Of a stretch of 64,000 bases of DNA, positions 50,085-63,914 are shown piece by piece; position 1 is the first letter of the stretch; every line of letters starts with the position of its first letter. The stretch is from Octopus sinensis. Its lineage: Eukaryota. The DNA is taken from contig NC_043012.1 in the NCBI RefSeq assembly GCF_006345805.1, forward strand, positions 29,078,001 through 29,142,000. Reading direction: 5' to 3'. Below the pieces are notes generated by a model that had not been told where the DNA came from, searched no databases, and saw only the letters and a list, made by a program, of their open reading frames with translations. The position numbers and the translations under genes are program-made.

Positions 50085-50760
50085 CTTTGAAAGTCAGATG
50101 ATGGTCAGTTTTAAGCAGAGATTGTGTTTCATATCCATCCTGTTTCTGTATTTGGATTTTATATAAAATGGCATGGAGAAGCTCTCATCACTTAAATGTG
50201 TAGTTGGGAATAGTATGAAATATTTCAATGCTTTGGATGCCAATTCTTGGGGCTCGTTTTTCACATGTAAGCAAAACTGTTCAATTTTACTGAATGAAAC
50301 TTGACACAAATGACACACAAAGTTCGAAAAGTTGAATATTTCTTGAGAGAGCTCATCAAGAAAGCCCCAGGGTGTTAGCAAGGATTCTACAACACAATTC
50401 TGTAAACTTTGAAACCAATATATAAGACAGATCTTCTCATTGCAGCTTCTTAGTATTGTTTGACAAATGACTGAGACCTTTGGCAATATACTGTGCTTGA
50501 GAAGACCTACCAAACCAAGTGAGATCATAGTCATGGCTAGTTTGTCTCCATGCAATTCAAGAGACAACTGGAATTAGTTCTTCTACTGGCTCTGTGTGGT
50601 TTTCCAATTTTTCACACAAAAGTAGTTCTTGCTGTCTTTGAAAATATTCAATGTGTTTGTTCTCTTTATGTTTCATTTCTAAATGTTGGCAAAGTTTGGC
50701 TGATTTCATGCTTTCACTACACATCACACACTGTGGCTTTACTTTGTCATCATGGTAGCT
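50085..50760 (-). mobile_element. Internally deleted hAT (Charlie/Buster-type) transposon
   Basis: N-terminal PQCVMC..SMKSAKL..HLE.KH (50640-50745) and C-terminal ASKALK..LFPTTHLSDESFS..IKSKYRNR (50094-50250). Confidence 0.7.
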
Positions 50761-52149
50761 GTATATAAATCTACATGATATGTATTCATCACAGTATTTA
50801 CAAGTTTCTCATCTTAAAACTTGAACCTGTATTGGAAAAAATATTGGTTCAAGGGACATCTCCTTTTCATTTTAATGTATTTCCAATTTTTAACCAGCAG
50901 TCCTTAATTAACAGGGGATTATATGGTTAGATATATAAAGAACTTTTTTCGTTGATGTAGTTAATGCTGTTATGAAGAGAGTAATTCATAAAAGTATATG
51001 TATCATAGTGAGTTTATCCAAATATGTCATGTTCAGATGTAATTCTTTAAATTAATGCTAGTCAAACATGTGCTGCATTAACATGTGGCCCTTTACACTG
51101 ATGCTACTAGTGCTAGGTTTGTAGCTGAGCAGGTACATGATGAAATGCCATATATTCCATATTCACAAAACACGGTAACAGTTTTGAACCATGCTGTACT
51201 ATAATATCTTTGCTAATACAATTGAGAATTAAAGTTCAGAAATCAAAGAAACAAACAAGCAGTCATTGTATATTCAGAATGCTTCTATCCTATTCTGGGG
51301 CCATGTTGAAGTCAATCTTGTGGCAGATGTGTGTAAAGTTCCAAACATTATTTTTTATCAACCTCCTAGAGAGTAATTATACATTTTACACTGTAGACAT
51401 TTAAAATGTTGAACTCAGCTGTTGAGCCCTCAGTGATACCTTTGCAGACCCATCCACTGTGGGAACCACCGCTATAGCAGATTAGTCCTGTGCATGCCAC
51501 AGGATTATAGAAAGAGTAATGATTGTTTTGGTGCTGTGTCTTGGAAGGAGAGGTTTTAAGATGTTGTCTTCATTGAAAATATGTGCAATATTTTGTGAGA
51601 ATGATTGCTCCATCTGCAGATTGAATTATCTTGTGGAAGTTCTGTTACTGGAGTATTTTTAGTGTTTAAGTAAGATGTGTGAATGTATTGTGCCAGATAA
51701 TGTGGAAAGTTACGGTGCCTAGACTGACAGATTAGAAAGTAGGTCCTTAACTGTGAAGTGATTGTGTCAGGCAGTGATTTGAGTCTAGAGGTATGAAAAA
51801 AGTGTTGTAGTTGCGAGATGAACAGTCATACAAATCTGAGAAAGTAACTCTAACTGTTGTTGAATATCCATTATGTAGGTAAGTGTTGTAAAGTTGGGAG
51901 GTGTGAGACAGATAGATTGACATAATTCATTTGGAGCCGATGACTTGTCAAGTTGTGTCTAAGAGATAGACAGAATAACAAACATGCAAGGTGGGTCATC
52001 TGTGTAGGTGTCTGAGTTGGATGATATCAGATTGATAACCAATCAGGTAAGAATGTTTTATTAGCTTATATATATGGGGAGAATTCACAAAAAAAACCAA
52101 AAGATGCTGACAGGTGGTGTACAAAACAAACAGATGTATTAGTTTAATG

Positions 52150-54330
52150 CTTGGAAATCCACAGAAAGGAACACAATCAGGAATCACCACTGAAATGCTT
52201 CAAATATCGGGCAGTGTGGGTTATGGTCTTGTCACCTGCATCGTAAGTCAGGTAGTTCATGAAGGAGTCATACCCAATGACTGGTATAGCAGCACCACAG
52301 TCGACTATAGGGGCAAAGGTGATGCTTTAGATAGAAATAACTACAGGGGTATCAAATTATTGGATCAGGTGATGAAAGTTATAGAGAGGGTCATAGCCCA
52401 ACTAATTAGGGAGAGAGTTAGCTTAGATGAGATTCAGTTTGGTTTTGTGCCAGGCAGAAGCACCACTGATGCTGTATTTCTGGTATGGCAACTGCAGGAG
52501 AAATACCTAGCCAAAGATAAACCTCTGTACTTGGCTTTTGCTGATTTGGAGAAAGCCTTTGACAGGGTCCTCTGATCCGTTATCTGGTGGTCAATGCGGA
52601 AACTGGGGATAGACAGGTGGTTGGTAAGAGCCGTATAAGCCCTGTACAGGGATGCTGTCAGAAAGTTGAGGGTTGGCAACTAGTATAGTGAAGAATTCTG
52701 AGTAGAAGTTGGGGTTCACCAAGGATCAGTCCTCAGCCCCCTCTTGTTCATTATAGTCCTCCAAGCAGTATCAGAGGAATTCAAGAATGGCTGCCCCTGG
52801 GAGCTCCTCTATGCTGATGACAATGCTCTAATAGCTGAGTCACTATCAGAACTAGAGATGAAGTTTAGGGTGTGGAAGCAAGATCTAGAATCAAAGGCCT
52901 TAGGGTTAACCTAGCAAAAACCAAAGTCTTAGTTAGTAGGAAGGCTGACAAATCACAAGCCCCTTTCAGGTAGATGGCTCTGCTTGATCTGTAGAAAAGG
53001 TGTGGGTAGAAACTCCATACAATGTACCTGGTGTAAGCTATGAGCACAAAAGGTGCAGCAATATCAAAGGAAGGTTAACCAGGGAGATAGTCTTTGTATG
53101 TTGCAGGTGCAGAGGGGCAGTAAACACTGAAGATGTACTGAAAACAGATTCCATCACATGCCAGGGGGAAAAACTATAAGTAGTTGATAGCTTCCACTTC
53201 GTAGGTGACCAAGTCTGTAGTGGGGGTGGATGTTCTGAGAGTGTAGCTGCCAGAACAAGGACTGCCTGGGCAAAGTTTAGAAAGCTCTTACCTCTGCTAG
53301 CAGCAAGGGGCCTCTTGCTAAGAATGAAAGGTAAACTGTATGATACAGGTGTGCAAGCTGCCATGCTACGCAGTAGTGAAACATGGGCCATGACTGCTGT
53401 GGACATGCGTAGGCTTGACAGAAATGGAGCTAGTATGATCTGCTGGGTGTGTAATGTCAGTGTGCATACATGACAAAGTGCCCTGAGGGAAAAGTTGGAC
53501 ATGAGAAGCATCAAATGTGGTGTACAAGAGAGACGACTGCACTGGTATGGTCATGTGTTACGTATGGATGAGGACAGCTGCGTGAGGAAGTGCCACGCCC
53601 TAACTGTGGAAGGAACCTGTGGAAGAGGTAGACCCAGGAAGACATGGGATGAGGTGATGAAGCATGACCTTCGAACATTTGGCCTCACAGATCCAATGAG
53701 ACCGAGACTGTTGGAAATATGCTGTGATTGAGAAGACCCGGCAACTAAAGTGAGATCACAGCTGTGGCCGATGCCAATGTTGCATTTAAAAGTACCCTTG
53801 AAGCGTTGAGCGATATGATGTGCTTGAGAAGGCCTGTTGAGTCAAGTGAAATCAAAATCGTAGTCGTGGCCAGTACTGCCTGACTGGCACCTGTGTTAGT
53901 GGCATGTAATAAGCACCATGTGAACGTGGTTGATGCCAGAAGCCCTTGGCTGGCTCCTGTGCCATTAAAAGCACCATGTGAATGTGGTCAATGCCAGTGC
54001 CCCCTGACTGGCTCCAGTACCGGTGGCACGTAAAAAGCACTATCTGCTGAACATGGTCAATGCCAGTGACCCCTAATTGGCTCCCGTGCAAGTGGCACAT
54101 AAATAGCACCATGCGAACATGGTTGATACCAGTGCTCCCTGATTGGCTCTCATGCCAGCGGCACGTAAAAAGTACCCACTACACTCTTGGAGTGGTTGGC
54201 ATTTGGAAGGGCATCCAGCTGTAGAAACCTTGCCAGATCAGATTGGAACCTGGTGCAACCTATTGGCTTGCCAGTCTTCAGTCAAACCATCCAACCCATG
54301 CTAGCATGAAAAGTGGATGTTAATGATGAT
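52150..54330 (+). mobile_element. RTE LINE 3' half with PHD finger insertion and tandem-repeat 3'UTR, in USE1 intron 5
   Basis: NNYRGIKLL, QFGFVPGRST, DLEKAFDRV, GVHQGSVLSP, LLYADD, RLHWYGHVLRM. ccatgctagcatg tail and (GAT)n end. Confidence 0.9.
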
Positions 54331-54810
54331 ATATATACATACATACACACACACACACGTATATGTACGTGCACGCACACATGTATAAAGATCCAAGGAT
54401 TATATATATATAAAACAACTTTCTTGGACAATAATGGTTTATTGAGACACAAAGTTCTTTCTTTTACTCTTTTATTTGTTTCAGTTGAACAAATCGACCC
54501 CAGGACTTATTCTTTGTAAGCCTAGTACTTATTCTATCAGGCTCTTTTACTGAACCGCTAAGTTCAGCATTGGTTGTCAAGCAATGGTGGAGGGACAAAC
54601 GCAGACACAGATTTTTTTTCTTATTGAAGTACGATAAATTGGAAAAAGTTCTTTTTATATTTCACAACCAGGGTTGCCAGGTATGCGAATAAGGATCCAA
54701 GAGTTCAGGAATGGAGTAAACAAGATTCAGGCTACATATGTTTCATAGTGAGCAGAACCTTTGAAAGTGGTCAAGGATATCTTGATTGTATATATATATA
54801 TATATATATA

Positions 54811-55099
54811 TCACCGTGACCGACCAGGCTATCAGATGTTGCTACACATCGCTGGTCACAATGCGCTTCACATTGTTTAAGCGTTCAAATGGCGCCATCC
54901 TGCTGGCTAAGCCAGCAGGCCAACAGAAGAAAGTTGTGGCAAAAGAGTACAGCAGGGTTCACCCCCCCCTGCCAGAGCCTCGTGGAGCTTTAGGTGTTTT
55001 CACTCAATAAACACTCACAACGCCTGGTCTGGTAATCGAAACCACGATTCTACAACCGCGAGTCCGCTGCCCTAATCACTGGGCCATTGCACCTCCACA
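54811..55099 (-). mobile_element. tRNA-headed SINE, apparently full length
   Basis: Minus strand gtggaggtgcaatggcccagtgattaggg (A-box) ... gtttcgattacc (B-box-like), ending at (TA)n. Confidence 0.75.
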
Positions 55100-55504
55100 T
55101 ATATATAGTATAATGTTGGGACTCACATGTGTAGTATAATGTAAGGTCATCTGTCTAACATTCAGCCAGACAGCTAAACACCTCACTTTACAGTTTAGCT
55201 GTGTTGTGTAGTGGTGGGACTGTCTAACGGATAGACATACACACAGTTCAACTTAATTTTGTAGTGTAATGGGGAGACTATATGTGACAGAGCCATCAGT
55301 TTAGCTGTTGTGCAATGAATGGTGTGGCTGTGTGACAGACAGACAGACATCCTCTGTCAGTCTAGTTATGTAGCCAGGATGATTGCCTTCCCCTCCCTTG
55401 CCTGCTCTTTCTCTCCTTCTCTCTCTCTCTCCTCTCTCTCTCTCCAGCCAATAATATCTCAATTTACTTCAAATTCAATAAATCATCCGAGACAAACTAA
55501 CTAC

Positions 55505-55560
<56 letters not shown>

Positions 55561-58490
55561 GCTTCTGTGTCTGTAAAGGGTGTACATGTTTGTGAGTCTG
55601 TACATATATAGTATAGATGATGTGTATAGATACATGTGTGTGTTGATTTATATTTGTGTATACTGTGTATGTCTGTAGGTAGTGCTCAGTGTGAGTACTT
55701 GTGTATAGTATATATGCACAATGTTTGTGTATGTGCGTAAATATGTATGTATATATCATGAACTGTGTAATCTTCATTGTGTGACTATATGTTTATATGT
55801 TGTCTACATTCAATGTTAGACATGTGCATGTTTGCATGTGTCTGCTATAACTCCATTTACTCTGATACATGTCTACTTTCTATACAACAGTGTGAGTGGA
55901 TGTATGGACACTTATAACGTGTGTGTGAGAAAATGTATCATTATGATTGGGTCATTTTATGGTTGATCCAAATCTTTTATTATCAGTTTTGTGCCTCAAA
56001 TGTGAGAGTATTGCAACAGCACCTAGATTAGTCAGCAACACCTCAAAGTTATTGTGGAACTCTGGTTAAAAACCATTCTATCTAACAGCCACACATCAAC
56101 ATCCGATAAATCCTCTTAATCTGTCTTAATCTGCATTAATTTTATTTATTTTTTTCATTTTGACCTTAAATCTCATTTCACCATTGTTCAAAGTCTAGTG
56201 CTATAGAAACACCTACAATTGTTGGCAAAACCCACCTAAACATTGTTAGGGTTAAGGTTGTGTAAAAAAAAAACGCTTGCTGTGGTCTGAGGGAATTGGT
56301 TAATATGTAGTTAATCCCCCCCCCACACACACACAGCTGTTTTGCCTTTGTTACTTCATTGTTATTAACAGCAGTCCAGACATTTTTGCTCTTTAACTTA
56401 TTTATTTATTGTTTATCATTCACAGTAGTCAGAAATGTTTTAGGATTGTGTTTTGACTTGATGTTGATAAACTCATGTTTTGAAGTGTTTTGTGTGTGTG
56501 TGTGTGTACGTTGGGGGGGGGGGAGGACTGGTGTTTCTTAAACAGTTATCTTCTTGTGTTGTTCTCTCTTCTTTTTATTCTCTCCCCCCTCCCCCACCGC
56601 CGCCCCTGTGTGCTCCTCACTATCTACAATCCAAGACAGTGTCTACTTCATCCGCTACCCACATCACCACAGTCATCACCACTATAGCTACAGACTTTTA
56701 TTAATTCTGATCCCTGCCATCAGCTGTAACTCTTGTCTTGTCTTTTATTCTAAGGGAACCACAATTATATAAATTAAAGTAAGAACTGGTCTTTCCCCTT
56801 CCTACCCAGCTTGTTGACAATCAGTTTGAGTCCTGAATGCTTAGTCAGCTTGTTTTATCTTATTAAATACAGGTGGTGTGGGGTTGGGGGCAGTGTGTGT
56901 TTGTGAACCTGAATGTTTAGGGATGGGAGGAAGTGGATGTGAGTGGGGTGTCATTCAGTGGCTGGAGTCTGAGTGAGTTAGTCATTCAAAGATATCCAGT
57001 AACTTATAATAGCCTCTTTGGAACTCCTGTCTCTACATAAGTCTTTCACACACGATCACTACATAGATGTTAATACACACATGTACAATTGGGTACCTAT
57101 TTATTTGAAAACACACACATAAAACCTACTTTAATTTCCTCATTTACACATTTTTTACACACAGTTTGTGTTGAAGAGTAGCTGTCTGAATGTAAAATCC
57201 TTTGCTCTGGTGTACTCTGTATTGTCACTGCTCTGTATAGCTATTTTAGTTATAGTTCAATTGGATAAACCTACTTAATCCATACAAATGAAAATGTGAC
57301 AGTAGATGAACCTAGAGAAGTGTATTAACTACAATGAATTTACTAATACAAATTAAGTAATGTCTGGTGTCAACTTTTGGGGGCAAATATTCACCAGGGA
57401 AACATACTGATTACTGTCTCATGATGATAAGTTCAGTTCATCATAGTAATTATCACCATCATCATAGTAATTATTGAGCACTTTGTACCCTACAATAAAT
57501 GAACTTTTTTTTAATTTAGAGCCTATTTTTGGTTTTATTAGTCCACCTAGAAGAGATGACTGCCCAACAATAGTAGTCTAATGGTAAGTTTTAAGGTGTG
57601 AATGTGTAAAGCTACAACAGATGCCCTCATTAATATTTTAATTATCAACCCTGAAAGGATGTAAAGAAAAATTGTGCTTAGCAAAGATGGGATGAAACAA
57701 ATACAATCTGACTCTCTAATGATTCTATCTATGGGCAGTGTTAATTTGTTAGTTTAATGTTGTTTACAAATACAATGTTAAGTAGATTGTGTGCCAAACT
57801 GCTGGAAAAACAGAAAACTAAAATCAATAACAAGACATATTAGAGCTGAGCCCTTTTGCCTCTGACCTACTTGAAACTAAGAAAATATTTAGTTACTTCC
57901 AAATACACAGCTATTTACTGACTTAATTAAAATACATAAATGATATTTTGTTAGAAATATGGTCTCAAAAGGTTAAGAATCTTACTCAAATATGTTAGGA
58001 AATATCAATAATAAATTTCAGTTCAATACATATTGGTTTTGGTAATCCAGTCTCTTATCAGTTTGGTCTGTCATTTTGTTCTCTACCTTTAGCTTGCTGT
58101 AGGCACATCATGTTGCTGTATAAATTTTCTCCCTTCTCAATGCAATACAATGTGCCTGCAGCTACAGGAGAGATTAACTCATACAGTGACATGACGTGCC
58201 TAAGCATACTAAGGGTTAATAAGGCTTACTACATCCAAACTGTTTAGTTTCTTGAATCATCCATTTTTAATTTGATATGATTTCTTTGTGAAAATACATC
58301 TACACCAACAGTAACAATGCAATAAATATACTAGACAATAATGTTTTTGTTCTTCCCAAGTTGAATAACAAAAGAGAAAAAGAAAAGTGGATGTGCTTAG
58401 ATTGACTGTGCAATTTCTTTAATAAATTAGTAAATAACCAATCTGTTTTGTGGTCTTCATTTCAGTTTCACTTTTTTCTTTGTTTTGCAG

Positions 58491-58664
58491 ACTATTTCTG
58501 ATAGTTCACACTTGGCAAGCTCCAACTTTGATAAGCTAAAAGTACAAACAGAACATTTGGAAGCACACACTAACTCTTGTACCTGGTGGGTGTGGCTTAT
58601 GATTGCTGCTGTGACATTGACTTTTCTTTGGATGATAATATTTATTCGAATATTTTCAAAATAA
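58491..58664 (+). CDS. USE1: USE1 terminal coding exon (TISDSSHLASSNFDKLKVQTEHLEAHTNSCTWWVWLMIAAVTLTFLWMIIFIRIFSK*)
   Basis: Acceptor tgttttgcAG, phase 0, TAA at 58662-58664. Encodes the end of the SNARE motif plus a tail-anchor TM helix. The six exons sum to 735 nt with an unbroken frame. Confidence 0.94.
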   Translation, partial: TISDSSHLASSNFDKLKVQTEHLEAHTNSCTWWVWLMIAAVTLTFLWMIIFIRIFSK

Positions 58665-59299
58665 TTTCTGGTTCAGTTACTAAAAAACATCTTTACTGTT
58701 ACTAAACTATAATGTTTTTGTTCCTCCCCGCCATCACCAGTTATCAAATTTGGGCTGTTTGTAAATAATGGGCTTTTGAGCAAAATTAGAAGTACCAGAT
58801 TTTCAGCATACATTGTTTGGGGAAATTTAAACAATAATACCATTACGTATTGTTGTATAATACACACACACACACATACATTTTGACCAAACTGTCAGTT
58901 GTTATACACTGCTGGTTATGATGCACTTCTTTGCATTGTTGCTTTCGAATGACACCACTCTATTGGCTAGACAAGCAGCCCAATAGATATATATCAATGT
59001 TTTAACATCCACTTTCCCATGCTTGCATCACTCAGGTGTGATATGTTGAAACAAATTTCCTACAGCCAGATGACCTTCCTGTTGCCAAACTCTACCTGTA
59101 GTAAGGTAATATTTCTCCATAACCAAATATGTCTCTGACAGGAAACAATAAGCACCAGTTCCATAATGGTGACACTTGCAATTATCATGCAATCTCAAGG
59201 CAAGGAGGCAGTAACACACACATACGGACATGCACATACATACACACATATATATAATTAAAAGGGAAATTCTGAGAAACTATAAAAATACCTAAAAAA

Positions 59300-59830
59300 A
59301 AAACAACCTACTAAATATGAAATTCCAGGTTAAGAAGATAGTAGAAAGATTACATTTCAAAGATAGAACAGAACTCTACCTCTCTAGAACCCCTAGAATT
59401 TACCTGAAGAAACATAAGCCTAACTTCACTACTTATCCATTACTTATATGCTTCTCAAAGTCAGATATAGGTAGATTTAGGAAGTTTATCATTACCTAAT
59501 ATATACCCAAGCTTAGAAATGTAATTCAACTTAACTCATGGTCTAGTCTATATGAGATAATTGATTGGTTCACTGATGTTTAGAATAAAGTTCATACATT
59601 TAAAGATATCAAATTACAATGCATCCATTAACCCAATTCTATTCAACAAAGCATCAATATTGATGATGACAAGCTCAGGCTTATCTAAAGAAGAAATAGA
59701 CATTATTATTGATGGTCAGAAAGTTTAGAATTGAATTCGATGAAATATTGTGATAGGGTTAGGGTTGATCAGTTCAACATTACCATGGGATTGAGCAGTT
59801 CTACTCAGGTATTGAACTTAGTAAGTGTAT
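59300..59830 (+). mobile_element. Decayed Penelope-like RT fragment downstream of the USE1 stop
   Basis: KKHKPNF...KSDIGRF, IDWF, INPILFNKA, NITMG...NLVSVY; homologous to the RT at 18833. Confidence 0.65.
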
Positions 59831-59839
59831 ATGTGTGTG

Positions 59840-59878
<39 letters not shown>

Positions 59879-60351
59879 CCATTTTCTATCTGTCTCTCTC
59901 TCTCTTGTTGCTCACATGTGACCATTGTCCATCTTTTTTTTGTCACGTGACCATTTTTCTTTTCTTGCACGGATGTTCAAAAGACTGAATGTGTTTTTTT
60001 TTCTCTCTCTTCAGTCTTTTCTCTTTTCAAAGAAGATACTTCTTCTCCCAGCATTCACTATTTTCCGCTCGTTCTGGTCTAACAACTCTCCATGTTTCTT
60101 TTCACTCGGTTTCCTTGTATGTCTCCACTGTCCTGTTTTATTTCCCAACTTTGACCCTTTATAAATCCAAGACTTATATTGTCGTTGAATGCTCAAAATG
60201 AGGGTCAGATAGACAGGTGACAACTGATAAAGGGTCCTTTCTTGTCCTATTTTCCATTTTTTTCCCCTCATTTATGTATTGAACTTATTTCTTTATGTAT
60301 GTCATGTTGTTTGCACCGTTGGTAACATCCTGTACACATTTATGCATATAC

Positions 60352-60390
<39 letters not shown>

Positions 60391-60965
60391 TACATACACA
60401 TATCTTAAAATAGTGAAAACATGAAAGATGTGTTGGACTGAGATTTAATATGAATGTATTGTATATAATACTGTAATAAAAAAGTTTTTGAGGCTGTATT
60501 ATTCTCTGTTCTTATTCATAATGTATGTATATAGTGGGCTGTATAGTACACTACACCATTTACATTTGGATGAAGCTTTAATTTATAGTTAAAGGGATAT
60601 TGAGGAGTTACGTAGATTGAGAGAGAATAGAAAAAAAAATATTAATTCTCTATTCTCCTTTCTAAGTATCTGTGTGACTCCTAATTCTTACTTACACTAT
60701 AAACCAAAGCTTCATACAAATGTCAATTTAGTATCATTTTAATTCTCTGTCTGATGAAGTTCTAATAGATATCTTACATTTTTTTTCTACATGAACACTT
60801 TTATAACTCCTATTTGTAAATGAAACATGTGTAATGAGGAAACTTATCTTTTAATATATATTATATTTGGACGTGTGTGTTTGTGTATATATATATGTGT
60901 GTGTGTGTGTATATGTATGTCTATATGTGTGTGTATATGTATAGCATATTTGCAAATATAAATGT

Positions 60966-61776
60966 GAGTGCATGCGTACATATGCATTATACCTTCTTTC
61001 CTCCTTTCCTATTTGACATCCTTGTATTCTTCCCTCCACTTCAGATTTTACTACCAAAACTACTACTCACTTCGGTATCACCCCACCCATACCTTTTCTC
61101 TACCCATCCCTTAATGCAGCTGTCATATCACCCCTACTCTCATATTTCACATTCTTTTATTCTTTACCTTCTCATCTCTTCCTATCCCTCCCCCACACCT
61201 CTCCCATCACATTATCTTGACCACTAACTAACACTCCCTTTCTCACTTCTTTCACCCTTTCTTCACTATTTGTTTTTCTCTCCTTTTTTTTCTTTTTCCC
61301 TCATTTTCTCTTCCTGTTTTAAATTTGACCTATCTCCTCTTTCTAATCATGCACATCTCTCCTTCCCTATCTATTCACAAATACTACCCATACATTCTCA
61401 AATTTTCATTCACACCACAAGACCCTTTCGAACGAGCAACATTGATTCTACGGCTCCATACTTTGAAATGACTAAACATGAACTGCTATTGGAACTTACC
61501 ATGTACAGGAAACTTTTTAACCACTTCTATACACCATTTTCCTCGAATAATGGAACTGCAACTACAATATCTTTATATATCTTATTTCTACTTTCATTCT
61601 CTTATTTCCATCATATTCCCTATCTCCTTTTCCATAATAATTTGAATTCAAATATTTTCTCACACTGTCTCTGATGAAGGGATATCCATAATATCCCAGA
61701 AATAGCTGTAAGACTTTCATTATAAATGTCCTGAAAACTCCTCACAGCCTTGGATTTGTTATCTCATTCTGTCTAA
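60966..61776 (+). mobile_element. Non-coding hammerhead-ended retroelement, copy 2
   Basis: Homologous to 31790-32678; ends in (TA)n. Confidence 0.7.
61667..61714 (+). ncRNA. Minimal type I hammerhead ribozyme
   Basis: gtct-CTGATGA-a-gggata(tccataa)tatccc-a-GAAA-tagctg-TA-agac. Core intact. Confidence 0.75.
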
Positions 61777-62419
61777 TATATATATGTATATATATATATA
61801 TATATATATAGTGTGTGTATAAATGTGTGCAGATGAGATGATATACACTATCCAGTTTTGTAATTTAAATTTGACTTGTCACAATAGTAATATATTTTTT
61901 CATTATGGTCAATCTCTTTTATCTAAGAGATTCTTGTTATTTTGAAAAGTGAAATATTTGCCCAATAAAATGCTATTTTATTCTACCTTCAGTCTTTGCG
62001 TATTATTTTATCCCCTATATTTGGTACCTATGTGCTTGTTTGTGTGCAAATGTATGTGTGGTAAGTCTCAGTTCCAGTCTCAGTCTCCCTACATGATACC
62101 TTAAGCTTGTGTCTTCTACTATAGCCCTTAATCAACCAAAGCCTTTTGAGTGGATTTGGAAAGATGGAAACTGAAAGAAGTGCATCATATATATATATGT
62201 GTGTGTGTGTGTGTGTTTGTTCATCCCCCAGTACTGCCTGATAATTGGTGTTTGTTGATGTTATCATAACTTAGTGGTTCAGGATAAAGAGGCCAATAGA
62301 ACAAATGCCAGGCTTAAAAGAAAAATTAAGTACTAGTGTCCATTTGTTCAATTAAACCCTCCAAGCATGGTCACAGTCTAAAGACTGAAACAAACATTTA
62401 AAAGAAAATATATGTATGT

Positions 62420-63865
62420 ATCATCATCATCACTTAACGTCCACTTTCCATGCTAGCATGGGTTGGACGGTTCAACTGGGGTCTGGGAAGCCAGAAGGCT
62501 GCACCAAGCCCAGTCTGATCTGGCAGTGTTTCTACGGCTGGATGCCCTTCCTAACGACAACCACTCCGTGAGTGTAGTGGGTGCTTTTTATGTGCCACCG
62601 GCACAGGTGCCAGACGAGGCTGGCAAACAGCCATGATTGGATGGTGCTTTTTACGTGCCACCGCCACGGAGGCCAGGCGAGGCTGGCAATGGCCACGATC
62701 GGATGGTGCTCTTTACGTGCCACCGGCACGGTGGCCAGTCGGGACAGCGCTGACAACGGCCACGTTCGGATGGTTCTCTTACGTGCCACCGGCACTGGTA
62801 TCACAGCTACAATTTCCATTGAGCGAGAGGCCTTTTGTCACCAGCAGAGGTAAGAGATCTCTGAACTTTGCCCAGGCTATTCTTACTCTAGCAGTTACAC
62901 TTTCAGCACACCCGCCCCTGCTACTGACTTGGTCACCTAGGAAACGGAAGCTATCAACTATTTCTAGTTTTTCTCCCTGGAATGTGGCGGAAGTTGGTCT
63001 CTGTGCATTTTCAGTGTTTATTGCTCCTGAGCATCTGCCACATACAAAAACTATCTTCCTAGTTAGCCTTCCTTTGACATTGCTGCACCTCTTATGTGTC
63101 CATAGCTTACACTTGGTGCATCTTATAGAGTTTCTACCTACACCTTTTCTACAAATCGAGCAGAGCCATCTACCTGAAGGCGTTTGTGATTTGTCTACCT
63201 TCCTACTTAGGACTTTGGTTTTAGCTAGGTTGACTATAAGGCCCTTCGATTCTAATCCTTGCTTCCACACCTGAAACTTCTCCTCCAGTTCTGATAGTGA
63301 CTCAGCAATTAGAGCAAGGTCATCAGCATAGAGGAGCTCCCAGGGCAGCCTGTCTTGAATTCCTCCGTTATTGCCTGGAGGACTATGATAAATAGGAGGG
63401 GGCTGAGGACTGAACCTTGGTGGACCTCTACCTCTACCCGGAATTCTTCACTGTACTCGTTGCCAACCCTCACCTTACTAACAGCGTCCCTGTATAAGGC
63501 TCGCACGGCTCTCACTAACCATTCATTTATCCCTAGTTTCCTCATTGACCACCAGATAAGGGATAAGGGATCGGGGGACCCTGTCGAAGGCTTTCTCCAT
63601 ATCAACGAAAGCCAGGTACATAGGCTTATCTTTGGCTAGGTATCTCACCTGCAGCTGTCTTACCAGGAATATAGCATCAGTGGTACTTTTGCCTGGCACG
63701 AACCCAAACTGCATCTCATCTAAACTAACTCTTTCTCTAATTAGTTGGGCTATGACCCTCTCCATGACCTTCATTACTTGATCCAGCAACTTGATACCTC
63801 TGTAATTATTTGTATCTAGAGCGTCACCTATACCTTTGTAGCAGTTGACTATTATGCTGCTACAC

Positions 63866-63868
<3 letters not shown>
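62420..63868 (-). mobile_element. Second copy of the PHD-bearing RTE family, 5'-truncated and internally deleted
   Basis: NNYRGIKLL...QFGFVPGKST...VHQGSVLSP...PHD...LLPLLVTKGLSL joined directly to the tandem-repeat 3'UTR. (GAT)n tail at 62421. Confidence 0.9.

Positions 63869-63914
<46 letters not shown>

Noticed and set aside
51690-52050. Possible I/Nimb-clade LINE 3' end on the minus strand
   Set aside because: Only a faint DDPPC-like trace; too decayed to support a call.
35474-58490. Minor (U12) introns in USE1
   Set aside because: All five donors are GTAAG/GTAATG/GTATGT types; none is GTATCCTT.
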